Part shown: positions 8,427 to 17,923 of the stretch, piece after piece | How the letters are laid out: each line of letters starts with the position of its first letter | Numbering within the stretch: position 1 is the first letter of the stretch | The notes under the pieces: model-generated | What the model was told of the DNA's origin: nothing | The model's input: the letters and a program-made list of their open reading frames with translations, nothing else | The model's database searches: none | Program-made: the position numbers and the translations under genes | NCBI GenBank assembly: GCA_050176585.1 | Contig: JBFXHX010000011.1 | Span: forward strand, 26,688 to 90,687 | Length of the DNA stretch: 64,000 nt | Reading direction: 5' to 3' | From: Candidatus Binatia bacterium | Lineage (GTDB): Bacteria > Desulfobacterota > Binatia > HRBIN30 > CADEER01

Positions 8427-9029
8427 TCACCGCGCCGACGTTTCGCCGCACGCGCACGCCGCGTCCTCTGCCACCTGATCGCCCCACTGCACCCACCCGG
8501 GCCGGCGATAGCGCGCGAAAAGCTCCAGATACGGGGCCGGGCTGCACGATTCCACCACCGAGTAGAGCCGCTCCGGCTTGCGGGAGTGAGCGCGCTTGCG
8601 CTCGCACACGATATTCACCTGACGCCGGCCCGGCCACTGCGTGCGCAAGGAACCGCGCACGCCGAACAGTACCAACTCAGTGACGTTGCGAAAGTAGAAC
8701 CCCACGCCGCGCCCATCCGGCCCACCGTCGACGCGGATCTTGTACCAGACCAGATTCGCCTTGTACCGGAAGCCCCAGGCGGCCAGCACGTCCAACCCCC
8801 ACGGGATCAGCGCATTCGGCACCCAGAGGTACAGATGCGCGCGCGCAGCGGCCAACCCGCCGACTGGTAGCGCCGCGATATCGGTGACGGACATCGTCGG
8901 GTAGCGATGCAGGCGGCGGTGCTCCGGGGCGATCTTCCCGGTGCGGTTCTGGAACCGCCACGGCGGATCGGCGAGGATCGTTCCAAACGGTCCGTGCAGG
9001 GCGGCCAGTGAATCGGTGAGCGCGCTCAT
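8427..9029 (-). CDS. MT-A70 family N6-adenine DNA methyltransferase
   Basis: MSALTDSLAALHGPFGTILADPPWRFQN carries the DPPW catalytic motif. The SD GGGAGGTGGTG lies directly upstream of the ATG at 9029. The longer ORF from a TTG at 9137 was rejected. Confidence 0.8.
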   Translation of the reverse strand: MSALTDSLAALHGPFGTILADPPWRFQNRTGKIAPEHRRLHRYPTMSVTDIAALPVGGLAAARAHLYLWVPNALIPWGLDVLAAWGFRYKANLVWYKIRVDGGPDGRGVGFYFRNVTELVLFGVRGSLRTQWPGRRQVNIVCERKRAHSRKPERLYSVVESCSPAPYLELFARYRRPGWVQWGDQVAEDAACACGETSAR

Positions 9030-9133
9030 CACCACCTCCCGCCTGCTCGTCGCCAGGCGGCGAGCGAGGTGTCGATGCCATGCGCAGCACCAATTGCCAA
9101 GCGGGCCGGCGCTGGGCGGGTCACGCGCGCCGA

Positions 9134-9412
9134 TCAACCCTCGAGCTCGAATGGGAGCTGGTGCCGCTTCGCCGCATTACACGCGCGACAGGCGGGCACC
9201 ACGTTGCCCTTGGTCGAGCGGCCGCCGCGGATGATGGGCACGAGGTGGTCCATGGTCAGCGACTTGGCCCCGACCTGGGCGCCGCAATAGTGACAGATGC
9301 CCGGCGCGCACCGGCGCTTCCACCATGGGGAAGCGCGCAATGCGCGCGCTTTGACGCGCTCGCGTTTGATCGCCGCGTCGTCGACTTCGACGAGAAACCC
9401 ACCGCCGCTCAC
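9134..9412 (-). CDS. HNH endonuclease (small, phage-type)
   Basis: CHYCGAQVGAKSLTMDHLVPIIRGGRSTKGNVVPACRACNAAKRH is an HNH motif with a zinc-binding Cys pair. GTG start. It sits immediately upstream of the MTase. Confidence 0.75.
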   Translation of the reverse strand: MSGGGFLVEVDDAAIKRERVKARALRASPWWKRRCAPGICHYCGAQVGAKSLTMDHLVPIIRGGRSTKGNVVPACRACNAAKRHQLPFELEG

Positions 9413-9877
9413 CGGCTGAGGCTACGGGAGCGCGACCGCGCGGCGCAAGTGGGCTTCGTTGAGCTCACGGAGCGTCACCCATGTGCGCCGTGGGGACTGG
9501 CGCGCTCGGGAAAAGACGACGGGAGCCCCGACCCATTCTGAACATCACGACCAACGGCTGCGGTGAACGCCGCAGTGAGAAGGGAGGCTCTGGTCCGGCA
9601 ACGCGTCGGCGTCCACGCACGATTTCGGCGCTCACGCGAAGGAATGGTCGTCACCTGGGGAGTGACACGTGCTCGAGTGGTGACACTGGAGGGCGCCGCT
9701 CCCCAGCGTCGCGGCCATTGCCCTTCGCGACGAGCCTATCCGTTGGCGCTTTCCGCGGCCCGGCGCCGCGATCCGACAACAAGCGGGAGGGATGCACGCT
9801 CGTCTTTGAGGCCATTGCATGGCGCGCCATGGCAAGCGCGGAGAAGGGGTGCTCGCAATCTGCCGACCGCCTCACGC

Positions 9878-10348
9878 CTACCGGCCGGGCGGCGCCGTCG
9901 CGGCGGTGATCGCGATCTCGGCCAGCACGAAGTCCAAGCCCTTGTAGCGGCCGAGCATGCGCACGTGCGCGCCGGAGGGCGCCGTGCGGAAGCGGTCCAA
10001 TTCGTCCTTGCTGCCGCGCAGCAACAGTTGTTCGGGATATTGCTCGCTGCGGTTGAACAGGCTCATGCCCTCGGCCTGCGCCGTCTGCGCGCGCACGACG
10101 CCGAAGCGGCGAACCACGTCTCCAGCGCGAATCTGAATCGTGCCAAGCGTGTCCGCGCCTTCCGCGGGATCGACGAAGCCTTCCAGGCGCAGATCCTGCC
10201 CGAGCCCGAACGGCATCGGCCCAGCGGCAGCCGGCGCGGCAGCCAAGACGAGCACGAGCGCGGCGCTGGCCACTGACTCAGCGCCGAGCCGTCGGCAACG
10301 AAACGCAGCCCCCAACCGCGGACGGCGTTCAGGGCGGATTGCATTCAA
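9878..10348 (-). CDS. Hypothetical secreted protein (signal-peptide-like N-terminus)
   Basis: 156-aa ORF overlapping the protease stop by 20 nt. It has an Arg-rich n-region followed by [14 protein letters not shown]. No family recognised, and high-GC frame bias could also explain it. Confidence 0.35.
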   Translation of the reverse strand: MNAIRPERRPRLGAAFRCRRLGAESVASAALVLVLAAAPAAAGPMPFGLGQDLRLEGFVDPAEGADTLGTIQIRAGDVVRRFGVVRAQTAQAEGMSLFNRSEQYPEQLLLRGSKDELDRFRTAPSGAHVRMLGRYKGLDFVLAEIAITAATAPPGR

Positions 10349-12095
10349 AGCGCAACCGGTCGTAATCCGCGCGCGTCGCGCCCGACACGCGCATCCGAAT
10401 TTCCCCCCGGCCCGGGCCGCCGCCCGGCGGCCGCTCGACTACGAACGGGACCGGGCTGGAACAGGCATTCGCGCCCGTGAAGGGGAAGGCCGGCACTGCG
10501 AAAGCCAACGCCTCCGCGTTCGTGCGCTCGACGGTCCCCGGCGGCGCATCGAGGCGCGGGGCGATCATCGCAAGCTGCTCCAGCGGCTCCGGCACAGCGC
10601 AGTCGGCCAGCAGCGGATCGCGCATGTTCAAGCAGACGGACACGCCGAACGTACAGATGCCGGGCGTGGAGTCGCCGTCGCACAGCGGATCGTTGTCGGT
10701 GCAGGTCGCGGACGAATACGCGCGCGCGTCCACCGCCTCCGGCGGGAGAACACTGAATTCGAGCAGGCAGTCGCTGCGGCGTCCGCCGCCGCCGCGCACG
10801 AGCTCGGGCGCGCGCATCGCTGCCCCAAGCGCGGCAAACGCATCCACGCGGGGCGTGGTACGGCCGCTGCGCGGATCGAGCACGGGCGTGCCACTCTCGC
10901 CGAGCAGGGCGACGACCTGCTCCGCTCGCAAACCGGGCCGCGCGGACAGCAGCAGCGCCGCGGCCCCAGCTGCATGCGGCGCGGCCATGGACGTGCCGGA
11001 CTGCATGAAGAGCCCACCGCCCAAGCCGTCCGAGATGATGTCGACTCCGGGCGCCAGCAGATCCATGCCGCCTTTGTTCGTGAAGCTCGCGATCATATCG
11101 ACGTCGTTTACCGCGCCGACCGCAACCGCCCGCGAAACGCACGCCGGCGCGTTGACGGCGTTGGCGCGGCCGTTGTTGCCGGTGGCCGCGAACAACATCG
11201 CCCCGCGCTGCCAGAGCTGCTCGATCGCATCGGCGAACAGCTGATTGGTCGCGCACCCTTCCTGATCGCCGCAGTTGCGCTCACACCCCGGGGAGTACTG
11301 ACCCTGGCTGACCAGGCTCATGTTCACCACCCGGACATCCGAACGCTCGGCGGCGATCCAGTCGAGCGCGGCGATCCAGTCGGAGAGAAACCCCCGGTTG
11401 CGATCATCGAGCACCCGCACCGCGAGCAGTTCGGCGCCGGGTGCCATTCCCACCGGCGCCACGCGACCGCGCGACAGCGCGATGCCGGCGACATGTGGAC
11501 CGTGCGGGTCGGTGGTGGCGGCGCTGCCGGGGCCGGACGCGCGCGCTTCGCCGTTCGGGCAGCAGGGATTGCGCGAGAGGCCGCCGGAGATGCCACCGCG
11601 GCAGAAGCACTCCTCGTGCACGAGCGCATCGGCGATGTCGGGATGCGCCGCGTCGATGCCGTTGTCGACGATCGCGATCACGCTGCCCCTGCCGTCCACG
11701 CTGCGCGCGTGCACGCGCTCGGCGCGCACCTGCGGCACGCTGCCGCCGAGGGCGGCCGTGCCGAGCCCGTCCAGGTCGATGCGCTCCACGTCCGGGTTGC
11801 GCCGCAATTCGTCGAGCGCCGCGCGGGTGACCCGCGCCGCGAATCCGGGCACCGTCTGATACGCGTGCGTGACCTCTACGCCGTCGGCAATGGCGGCGAG
11901 CACGGCGGCGCGCCGGCGGCTCATCAGCGCTCCGCGTTCCGGAGCGGCACCGGGCGCCGGCGCGCGCAGGCGCACCACGACGGAGGCCTCGCCCAGGCGA
12001 TCCGCATCCTCTTGGGCCGCGCCGCTGACCACCGCGCCGCCTGCCGGACACACGAGCAACAACCCGAGCACGGCCAGCGCGATGCAGCAGAGCAT
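10329..12095 (-). CDS. Subtilisin-like serine protease (S8) with N-terminal signal/propeptide and Cys-rich C-terminal domain
   Basis: Signal peptide MLCCIALAVLGLLLVCPAGG; I9-like propeptide; catalytic triad VIAIVDNGID (Asp), HGPHVAGI (His), GTSMAAPHAAGAAALL (Ser). The C-terminal ~150 aa hold about 10 Cys. Confidence 0.9.
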   Translation of the reverse strand: MLCCIALAVLGLLLVCPAGGAVVSGAAQEDADRLGEASVVVRLRAPAPGAAPERGALMSRRRAAVLAAIADGVEVTHAYQTVPGFAARVTRAALDELRRNPDVERIDLDGLGTAALGGSVPQVRAERVHARSVDGRGSVIAIVDNGIDAAHPDIADALVHEECFCRGGISGGLSRNPCCPNGEARASGPGSAATTDPHGPHVAGIALSRGRVAPVGMAPGAELLAVRVLDDRNRGFLSDWIAALDWIAAERSDVRVVNMSLVSQGQYSPGCERNCGDQEGCATNQLFADAIEQLWQRGAMLFAATGNNGRANAVNAPACVSRAVAVGAVNDVDMIASFTNKGGMDLLAPGVDIISDGLGGGLFMQSGTSMAAPHAAGAAALLLSARPGLRAEQVVALLGESGTPVLDPRSGRTTPRVDAFAALGAAMRAPELVRGGGGRRSDCLLEFSVLPPEAVDARAYSSATCTDNDPLCDGDSTPGICTFGVSVCLNMRDPLLADCAVPEPLEQLAMIAPRLDAPPGTVERTNAEALAFAVPAFPFTGANACSSPVPFVVERPPGGGPGRGEIRMRVSGATRADYDRLRFECNPP

Positions 12096-12193
12096 TCATC
12101 CATTACACGGGGGCGCCCGCGCCATTGCAACTCCGATCTGCGCGGTGCGGCGCGCTTTGCACCGCACGGCGGCGCGCGTTAATGCCCGCGGCG

Positions 12194-13285
12194 ATGGCCA
12201 CCGAGCGGTCCGCGATCGCCGTCCTGGGCGCGACGGGCTTCACGGGCCGGCTCGTGGCCCACGCCCTGCGCGAGCGCCGCGCGCCGCTGCTGCTCGCCGG
12301 CCGGAGCCGATCCCGGCTCGAAGCGCTGGCGCGCGCGCTCGGCGGGGCGGATTTCGCGGTGGCGCGCGTGGAAGACTCCGCCTCGCTCGACGCGCTGGCG
12401 CGGCGCGCGCGGGTGCTGATCAACTGCGCGGGGCCGTTCGTGGATCTCGGCGAGCCCGTCGTGCGCGCCGCCATCGGCGCCGGTGCGCATTACGCGGATA
12501 CCACGGGCGAACAGCCGTTCGTGCACGACGTATTCGCGCACGATAGCTGGGCGCGAGAACGGCGGGTAGCCGTGATCCCCGCCCTGGCATTCGAGATCGC
12601 GCTGGCGGACTGCGCCGCCGCTCTGGCCGCGCGTGGCCTCGACGAGGTCGAAACGGTGGAGGTCGCTTACGCCGTGCGGTTCCACGCGAGCCAGGGCACC
12701 AAACGGTCCGCCCTGCGCATGCTCGAGCGGCGCGGGCTCGGCTACGGCGACGGCCGATGGGTCGAGGAAGCACCGGGGCATCACTCGGCCGTGGTCGAGC
12801 TGCCGCTCGGTCGCCGGGCGGCGGTGAGTTTTCCGGGCGCGGAGGTGGTCACGATCCCGCGCCACATCGCCGCCCGCACCGTGCGTGCGCTCATGTGCGT
12901 TCCGCGGGGGGTCGCGACCGTCGCACACGTGCTCGGGCCGGCGCTGCCGGCGCTCGCCAGCTCTCCGCTGGGCGCGCTCGCGCGACGCTGGCTCGGCAGC
13001 GGCACGGCCGGCCCGGACCTCGCGACGCGCCGCCGGGACACCTTCGTGATCGCCGTCGACGTGCGCGGCCGGCGCGCCGGATCCGCCGCGGCTCGTCGGG
13101 TCATGGTCACCGGCTGTGATCCATACGCCCTGACCGCCGCGATCGCGGCGCAGGGAGCCATATGGCTCGCCGGCGGCGAGCACCGCTGCAGCGGCGTGCT
13201 GTCTCCGGCGATGGCATTCGATCCCGCGCGCCTGTTGGATGCCACGACGTCAAACAGCGTGGTGTATACGGAATCGGACATGTGA
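12194..13285 (+). CDS. Saccharopine dehydrogenase-like NAD(P)-binding oxidoreductase
   Basis: IAVLGATGFTGRLVAHAL Rossmann motif and the overall length fit the family. Confidence 0.7.
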   Translation: MATERSAIAVLGATGFTGRLVAHALRERRAPLLLAGRSRSRLEALARALGGADFAVARVEDSASLDALARRARVLINCAGPFVDLGEPVVRAAIGAGAHYADTTGEQPFVHDVFAHDSWARERRVAVIPALAFEIALADCAAALAARGLDEVETVEVAYAVRFHASQGTKRSALRMLERRGLGYGDGRWVEEAPGHHSAVVELPLGRRAAVSFPGAEVVTIPRHIAARTVRALMCVPRGVATVAHVLGPALPALASSPLGALARRWLGSGTAGPDLATRRRDTFVIAVDVRGRRAGSAAARRVMVTGCDPYALTAAIAAQGAIWLAGGEHRCSGVLSPAMAFDPARLLDATTSNSVVYTESDM

Positions 13286-13492
13286 CGGCCATTTGTGAAT
13301 TTCTGATGTAGCCGCGGCACCCGTGGCCGCACGGCTTCGCGCAGCAATGCCCGGAGCGGTGCTGCGTGCCGCCACCACCCCGGTTCAACGCGAAAGCCCG
13401 CGAAGGCGTTTCATCGCTTCGGGTACGCCGCGTACCGTACCGCCATTGCACGTGGACGCCGGCCGTGAAAGCGTCGGCCAACGCTCACCGCC

Positions 13493-15121
13493 ATGGACCT
13501 CTTCTCCTCTCGCCGCATGGACCGCCCGCGCGACGCGCACCGCTCCATGGTGCTCGGGCGCAACGGCATGGTGTGCACGAGCCAGCCCCTCGCCGCCTTC
13601 GCCGCCGCCGAGGTCTTGCGCGGCGGCGGCAACGCGGTGGATGCGGCCGTGTGTGCGGCCGCGGTGCTGGGCGTGGTCGAGCCGTTCATGACCGGCATCG
13701 GCGGCGACTGTTTCATGCTCATCTGGCGCGCCGACGAACAGTGCCTGTACGGGCTGAACGGGAGCGGGCGCGCGCCGCGCGGCGCCACCTGCGCGGCGCT
13801 GGCAGCGCGCGGCCACACCGCCATGCCGAGCGAGGGTATACTATCGGTCACCGTGCCGGGCGCCGTGGACGCCTGGTGTGAGGCGCTGGCGCGGTGCGGA
13901 ACGCGCCCGCTGGGCGCGCTGTTGCAAGCGGCCATCGCGTACGCCGAGGAGGGCTTTCCGGTTAGCGAGATCATCGCGGCGCAGTGGCACCTCACGGCCG
14001 GCGCGCTGCAGACACCCGACGGCGTGCGGGCGTTCACCGTCGAGGGCCGCGCGCCGCGCACCGGCGAGGTCGTGCGCTTGCCCGGCCTCGCCCGCAGCCT
14101 GCGCGCGCTGGCCGCAGGCGGCCGCGACGCGCTCTACCGCGGTGAGCTGGGCCGGGCGATGGCCGACTGTTCGCGCGCGCACGGCGGCTTTCTCGACGAG
14201 GCGGACCTGGCCGAGCATACCTCGACGTGGGTGGAGCCCATCAGTACCGCGTACCGCGGCGTGCGCTTGTGCGAGCTGCCGCCGAATGGCCAGGGCCTGA
14301 CGGCGTTGCTCGCGCTGAACATCCTCGAGTGCTTCGATCCCGCAGCCCTCGCGGGCGAGCCGGATGCGCGCGTGCACGTGCAGATCGAAGCGCTCAAGCT
14401 CGCGTTCGCAGACCGCAACCGGTGGATCGCGGATCCCGAGCACGCCCGGATTCCCGTCGATGCGCTGCTCTCGAAGGACTACGCACAGGGCCGTGCCGCC
14501 TTGATCCGCCCCGACCGGGCATTGAAGCACGTGGCGCCGGGCGGCGTGAGCGCGGCGACCGACACCGTGTACGTGGCCGCCGCCGACCGCTTCGGCAATT
14601 TGGTGTCGCTGATCAACAGCCTCGGCCGGCCGTTCGGCTCCGGTGTGGTCGCCGGCGATACCGGCATCGTGCTGCAGAATCGCGGCGGCGGCTTCGTGCT
14701 CGATCCCGCACATCCGAACTGCATCGCGCCTGGCAAACGGCCATTCCACACGATCATCCCCGCAATGGTGCTGCGCGACGGCCGACCGCTGGTCGCGTTG
14801 GGCGTGATGGGCGCCCACATGCAGGCGCAGGGACACGTCCAATTGGTCCAACACCTGGTCGACGGCAGCTGCAACGTCCAAGAAGCGATCGAGCGCCCTC
14901 GCTTCAACTTCCTCGGCGAAGATCGCGTCGCGCTCGAAGCGCCGCTGCTCGCCGCCGCCCGCGAGGCGCTGGCGCGGCGCGGGCACGTGATCGAAGACGA
15001 ATCCGCCGCCCGGGGGCACGGCAATTTCGGCGGCGCACAGGCAATCGCCGTCGATCCGGTGAGCGGCGTCTACTGGGGCGGTTCGGATCCGCGCAAGGAC
15101 GGATGCGCAATCGGCTTCTGA
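13493..15121 (+). CDS. ggt: Gamma-glutamyltranspeptidase family protein (no signal peptide)
   Basis: GGNAVDAAVCAAAVLGVVEPFMTGIGGDCF plus the small-subunit region GNLVSLINSLGRPFGSGVVAGDTGIVLQNRG match the GGT fold. The start could be 13493 or 13517. Confidence 0.8.
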   Translation: MDLFSSRRMDRPRDAHRSMVLGRNGMVCTSQPLAAFAAAEVLRGGGNAVDAAVCAAAVLGVVEPFMTGIGGDCFMLIWRADEQCLYGLNGSGRAPRGATCAALAARGHTAMPSEGILSVTVPGAVDAWCEALARCGTRPLGALLQAAIAYAEEGFPVSEIIAAQWHLTAGALQTPDGVRAFTVEGRAPRTGEVVRLPGLARSLRALAAGGRDALYRGELGRAMADCSRAHGGFLDEADLAEHTSTWVEPISTAYRGVRLCELPPNGQGLTALLALNILECFDPAALAGEPDARVHVQIEALKLAFADRNRWIADPEHARIPVDALLSKDYAQGRAALIRPDRALKHVAPGGVSAATDTVYVAAADRFGNLVSLINSLGRPFGSGVVAGDTGIVLQNRGGGFVLDPAHPNCIAPGKRPFHTIIPAMVLRDGRPLVALGVMGAHMQAQGHVQLVQHLVDGSCNVQEAIERPRFNFLGEDRVALEAPLLAAAREALARRGHVIEDESAARGHGNFGGAQAIAVDPVSGVYWGGSDPRKDGCAIGF

Positions 15122-15490
15122 GCGCGCGGTGGCCCGCAGCCCGTACATAGCCGCTCGCCGCTCTGACCGACGCCTGCGCATTCAACGCTTTGAACGTCGC
15201 CCCCGGCGAAGAGGCGCGTTTGGGGCGCGGCGGCCGGCACGAGTCCGGCCGCTACAGCGGGTCCCCGCTGCATCCCGCCCGCGCAGCGGGTTGATCAGGT
15301 GATCAGCGACACGCTCGGGCGCCGCTGCGCTCAGTAAACGGCGCACATCATCGGCAACGATGGCAGTGCCGCGCCGCGCGCATGCGGATTTGTCGGCCCC
15401 GCGCGAGCTCGTGGCATGGTTTCCACGGGCATGTGCGCGGTGCGCATTGGCATCGCGGTTGCTGTGAACAGACGAGCCCGCGCGACGCGC

Positions 15491-15793
15491 ATGTCGCAAA
15501 CCGTGATCGTTGTCGAGGATGAGATCGGCTTCAACCGCAGCGCCGCCGTGAGCGTGCGCGTCTGGCGCACCGCGGCCGGAGCGCGCGAGCGTTGGTTCGG
15601 CTACGCCGGCAGCGTGGACGCCCTCGCGCTCGGCGCCGTCATGCAGTTGGTCGGACGGCTGATGGCGGCGAATCCCGGCGATTGGACTGTTGAGTTGAGC
15701 GCAGCGGGCACGCCTGGCGATCGGCCACACGGCTCGACGACGGGTGTTCCCTGCCCGGTCGACGTCCGCGCGCTATTGGCACTGCTCGCATAG
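15491..15793 (+). CDS. Doubtful small ORF (100 aa), no recognisable family
   Basis: MSQTVIVVEDEIGFNRSA... is the only non-Arg-rich ORF in the 745-bp gap 15122-15865. It has no SD and may not be real. Confidence 0.2.
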   Translation: MSQTVIVVEDEIGFNRSAAVSVRVWRTAAGARERWFGYAGSVDALALGAVMQLVGRLMAANPGDWTVELSAAGTPGDRPHGSTTGVPCPVDVRALLALLA

Positions 15794-15865
15794 ACCCACG
15801 GCTTCGCCATCGGCACACCGAGCGCCGATTGGCCGGTGGTCGGGCACGTGCTAGCCGTCCGCCAC

Positions 15866-16390
15866 ATGAGCCAAACGCGCGCGGTGTACACGGGTCGCAT
15901 CATCACGGTGACTCTCGAGGAGGCCGTCCTGCCGAGTGGCAAACGGGTGGAGTTGGAGATGATCCGCCACCCCGGCGCGGCGGCGATCGTCGCGCTGGAC
16001 GACGGCGATTGCGTCTCACTGGTGCACCAGTTCCGCCACGCGACGGGCGGATTCATCTGGGAAATACCGGCCGGCACCCTCGGCCGCAGCGAAGCGCCGG
16101 AGGCATGCGCCCGGCGCGAGCTGCAAGAGGAAGCCGGCCTGGTCGCGCAGCAATGGACGCCGCTTGGCCACATCTTCACCGCGCCGGGATTCTGTGACGA
16201 GCGCATCCACCTGTTTCTGGCGCGCCAGCTGTCCCCCGCGCCGGCCCAGCTCGATGCGGACGAGGAGCTGACCCCCGCGCGGGTTCCGTTGAGAGAAGCC
16301 TTGGCGATGGTGCGCCGCGGCGATATTTGCGACGCCAAATCGATCGCCGGCTTGCACCGCGCCGCGATCGAGCTCGGGCGGATCAGCTAG
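15866..16390 (+). CDS. NUDIX hydrolase (ADP-ribose pyrophosphatase-like)
   Basis: Nudix box GX5EX7REUXEEXGU: LGRSEAPEACARRELQEEAGL. Confidence 0.8.
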   Translation: MSQTRAVYTGRIITVTLEEAVLPSGKRVELEMIRHPGAAAIVALDDGDCVSLVHQFRHATGGFIWEIPAGTLGRSEAPEACARRELQEEAGLVAQQWTPLGHIFTAPGFCDERIHLFLARQLSPAPAQLDADEELTPARVPLREALAMVRRGDICDAKSIAGLHRAAIELGRIS

Positions 16391-16408
16391 CGGCGCGCGC
16401 CCGAGCGC

Positions 16409-17737
16409 CTAGGCAACGGACGGCGCGAACTCGGCGGGGCGGCTGGCGGCCGCCGCGGCACTGCGGGCCATCGGCACCCAGAGCCGGAACCAGGCGCCCC
16501 GCGTCTGCGCGGCGTCAAGCGTGAGCTCGCCGCCCATCGCGGTGGCGATGGCGCCGGCGATGTAGAGGCCGAGGCCAGTGCTGCGGCGGCCGGCGACGTC
16601 GGTGCCGTCTTGAAACCGGGCGAACACCGTAGCCGCACGCTCGGGCGGAATCCCGGGGCCGCTATCGCCGACCACGGCGACGAGCCCGCCGTCCTCCGCC
16701 TCCACCCGCATCGTGATCACGCCATCGGCAGGCGTGTACTTGATCGCGTTGTCCAGCAGGTTCGCGAGGCAACGCTCCGTCTGCAGGGGATCGATCCACG
16801 CATCCGGCAACGGGCGCGCGAGCTCGAGTCGCACGTGCAGCCGTTTCAGCGCCAGCGCTGGACGGTATGCATCCACCAGATCTTCGACGATGCGGTCGAG
16901 CGAGACGCGCCGCGACACCACGCGCAGAGCGCGCGCTTCGATCTGATTCAACTCCAGGAAGTTGAGCGCGAGGGATTCCATCCGCTTCAAGCTCAGCACG
17001 ACCTGCCCGGCCAACTCGCGCGTCGGCGCTTCTCCCTCGGGCAGGCGGTCGTACAGGAGCGCGGCCGACTGCATGGCCAGCCACAGCGGCTGTTTCAGGT
17101 CGTGTGTGACCGTGGACAGCAGCTCGGTGCGCGCTTGTGCGCGCTCGCGCGCTTCGGCCATGGCGCGCTCCCGGCGGCGCACGCGGTCGATGAAGAAGCC
17201 GTAAAACGCGCCGGTGAGCAGGAGAAACGGCAAGCGCAACAGGATCGCCGGGCGCATGATCTCCGCGACGCCATTCTGGAGGAACAGATAGCCGAGGTAT
17301 GCCGCGGTGGTGAGAACCGGCGCCCAGAGATTCAGCCACGGGCGGTCGCTGATGGAGGCCAACAGGATGATGGTGAAGTAGAACACGAAGACGTCGGCTT
17401 CGACGTTCGGCGTCAGCAACAGCGCGCACGAGATCGCGCCGGTATCGACCAAGATGAGTGTGACGTCGAAGGCGGCGTGGCCGAGCAGGGGAAGCGGTAG
17501 GTACGCGATCAGGAGATTGCTCGCGATGTATGTGACCGCGAACGCGACCACCCCGGGCGGCGGCGCGCCGTCGGACGCGCTGAAGATCAGCAGGTAACTG
17601 ACCGCGAGAGTCAGCCCGGTTCGCACCAGCACCAGAATGCGCCGGCGCTCGCGCAGCGCGGCGGCGTCAGCGGCGTCTTGTAGAGCAGCGGGTGAGCCGA
17701 GCGGCGGCGCGGCGGATGCGGCGTTGGGCGCGGACAT
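16409..17737 (-). CDS. Sensor histidine kinase with polytopic (about 6 TM) N-terminal membrane sensor domain; no adjacent response regulator
   Basis: H-box LSTVTHDLKQPL; HATPase_c N/G boxes (NLLDNAIKYT, VVGDSGPGIPPE, GLGLYIAG). Start at MSAPNAAS (17737); the 5' extension of the raw ORF overlaps the divergent ACAD. Confidence 0.8.
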   Translation of the reverse strand: MSAPNAASAAPPLGSPAALQDAADAAALRERRRILVLVRTGLTLAVSYLLIFSASDGAPPPGVVAFAVTYIASNLLIAYLPLPLLGHAAFDVTLILVDTGAISCALLLTPNVEADVFVFYFTIILLASISDRPWLNLWAPVLTTAAYLGYLFLQNGVAEIMRPAILLRLPFLLLTGAFYGFFIDRVRRRERAMAEARERAQARTELLSTVTHDLKQPLWLAMQSAALLYDRLPEGEAPTRELAGQVVLSLKRMESLALNFLELNQIEARALRVVSRRVSLDRIVEDLVDAYRPALALKRLHVRLELARPLPDAWIDPLQTERCLANLLDNAIKYTPADGVITMRVEAEDGGLVAVVGDSGPGIPPERAATVFARFQDGTDVAGRRSTGLGLYIAGAIATAMGGELTLDAAQTRGAWFRLWVPMARSAAAAASRPAEFAPSVA

Positions 17738-17923
17738 GCGGTGACGGCGGTTATGCACGATGCGTGCCGCTGAATCCGAACTGGGGTCAGACCTAGCCGC
17801 ACCGGCCGCATGCGAACTGACCGGTGAACCGTGCGTTGCCGCAGCACTGCCCGTGTGTCGAAACAATGACGCGCGGCGCCCGGCGCATTGACCCCCCCGC
17901 CCCCGCGGGATAGCGAGGGCCGC

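Noticed and set aside
9029-9137. Longer MT-A70 ORF starting at a TTG at 9137 that would overlap the HNH stop (TTGA)
   Set aside because: The internal ATG at 9029 has a strong SD (GGGAGGTGGTG), and MT-A70 proteins normally begin shortly before the DPPW motif. The extension is Arg/Trp-rich low complexity.
10140-12182. 680-aa plus-strand ORF antisense to the S8 protease
   Set aside because: Arg/Gly/Ala low complexity. The protease frame has a complete D-H-S catalytic triad and a signal peptide.
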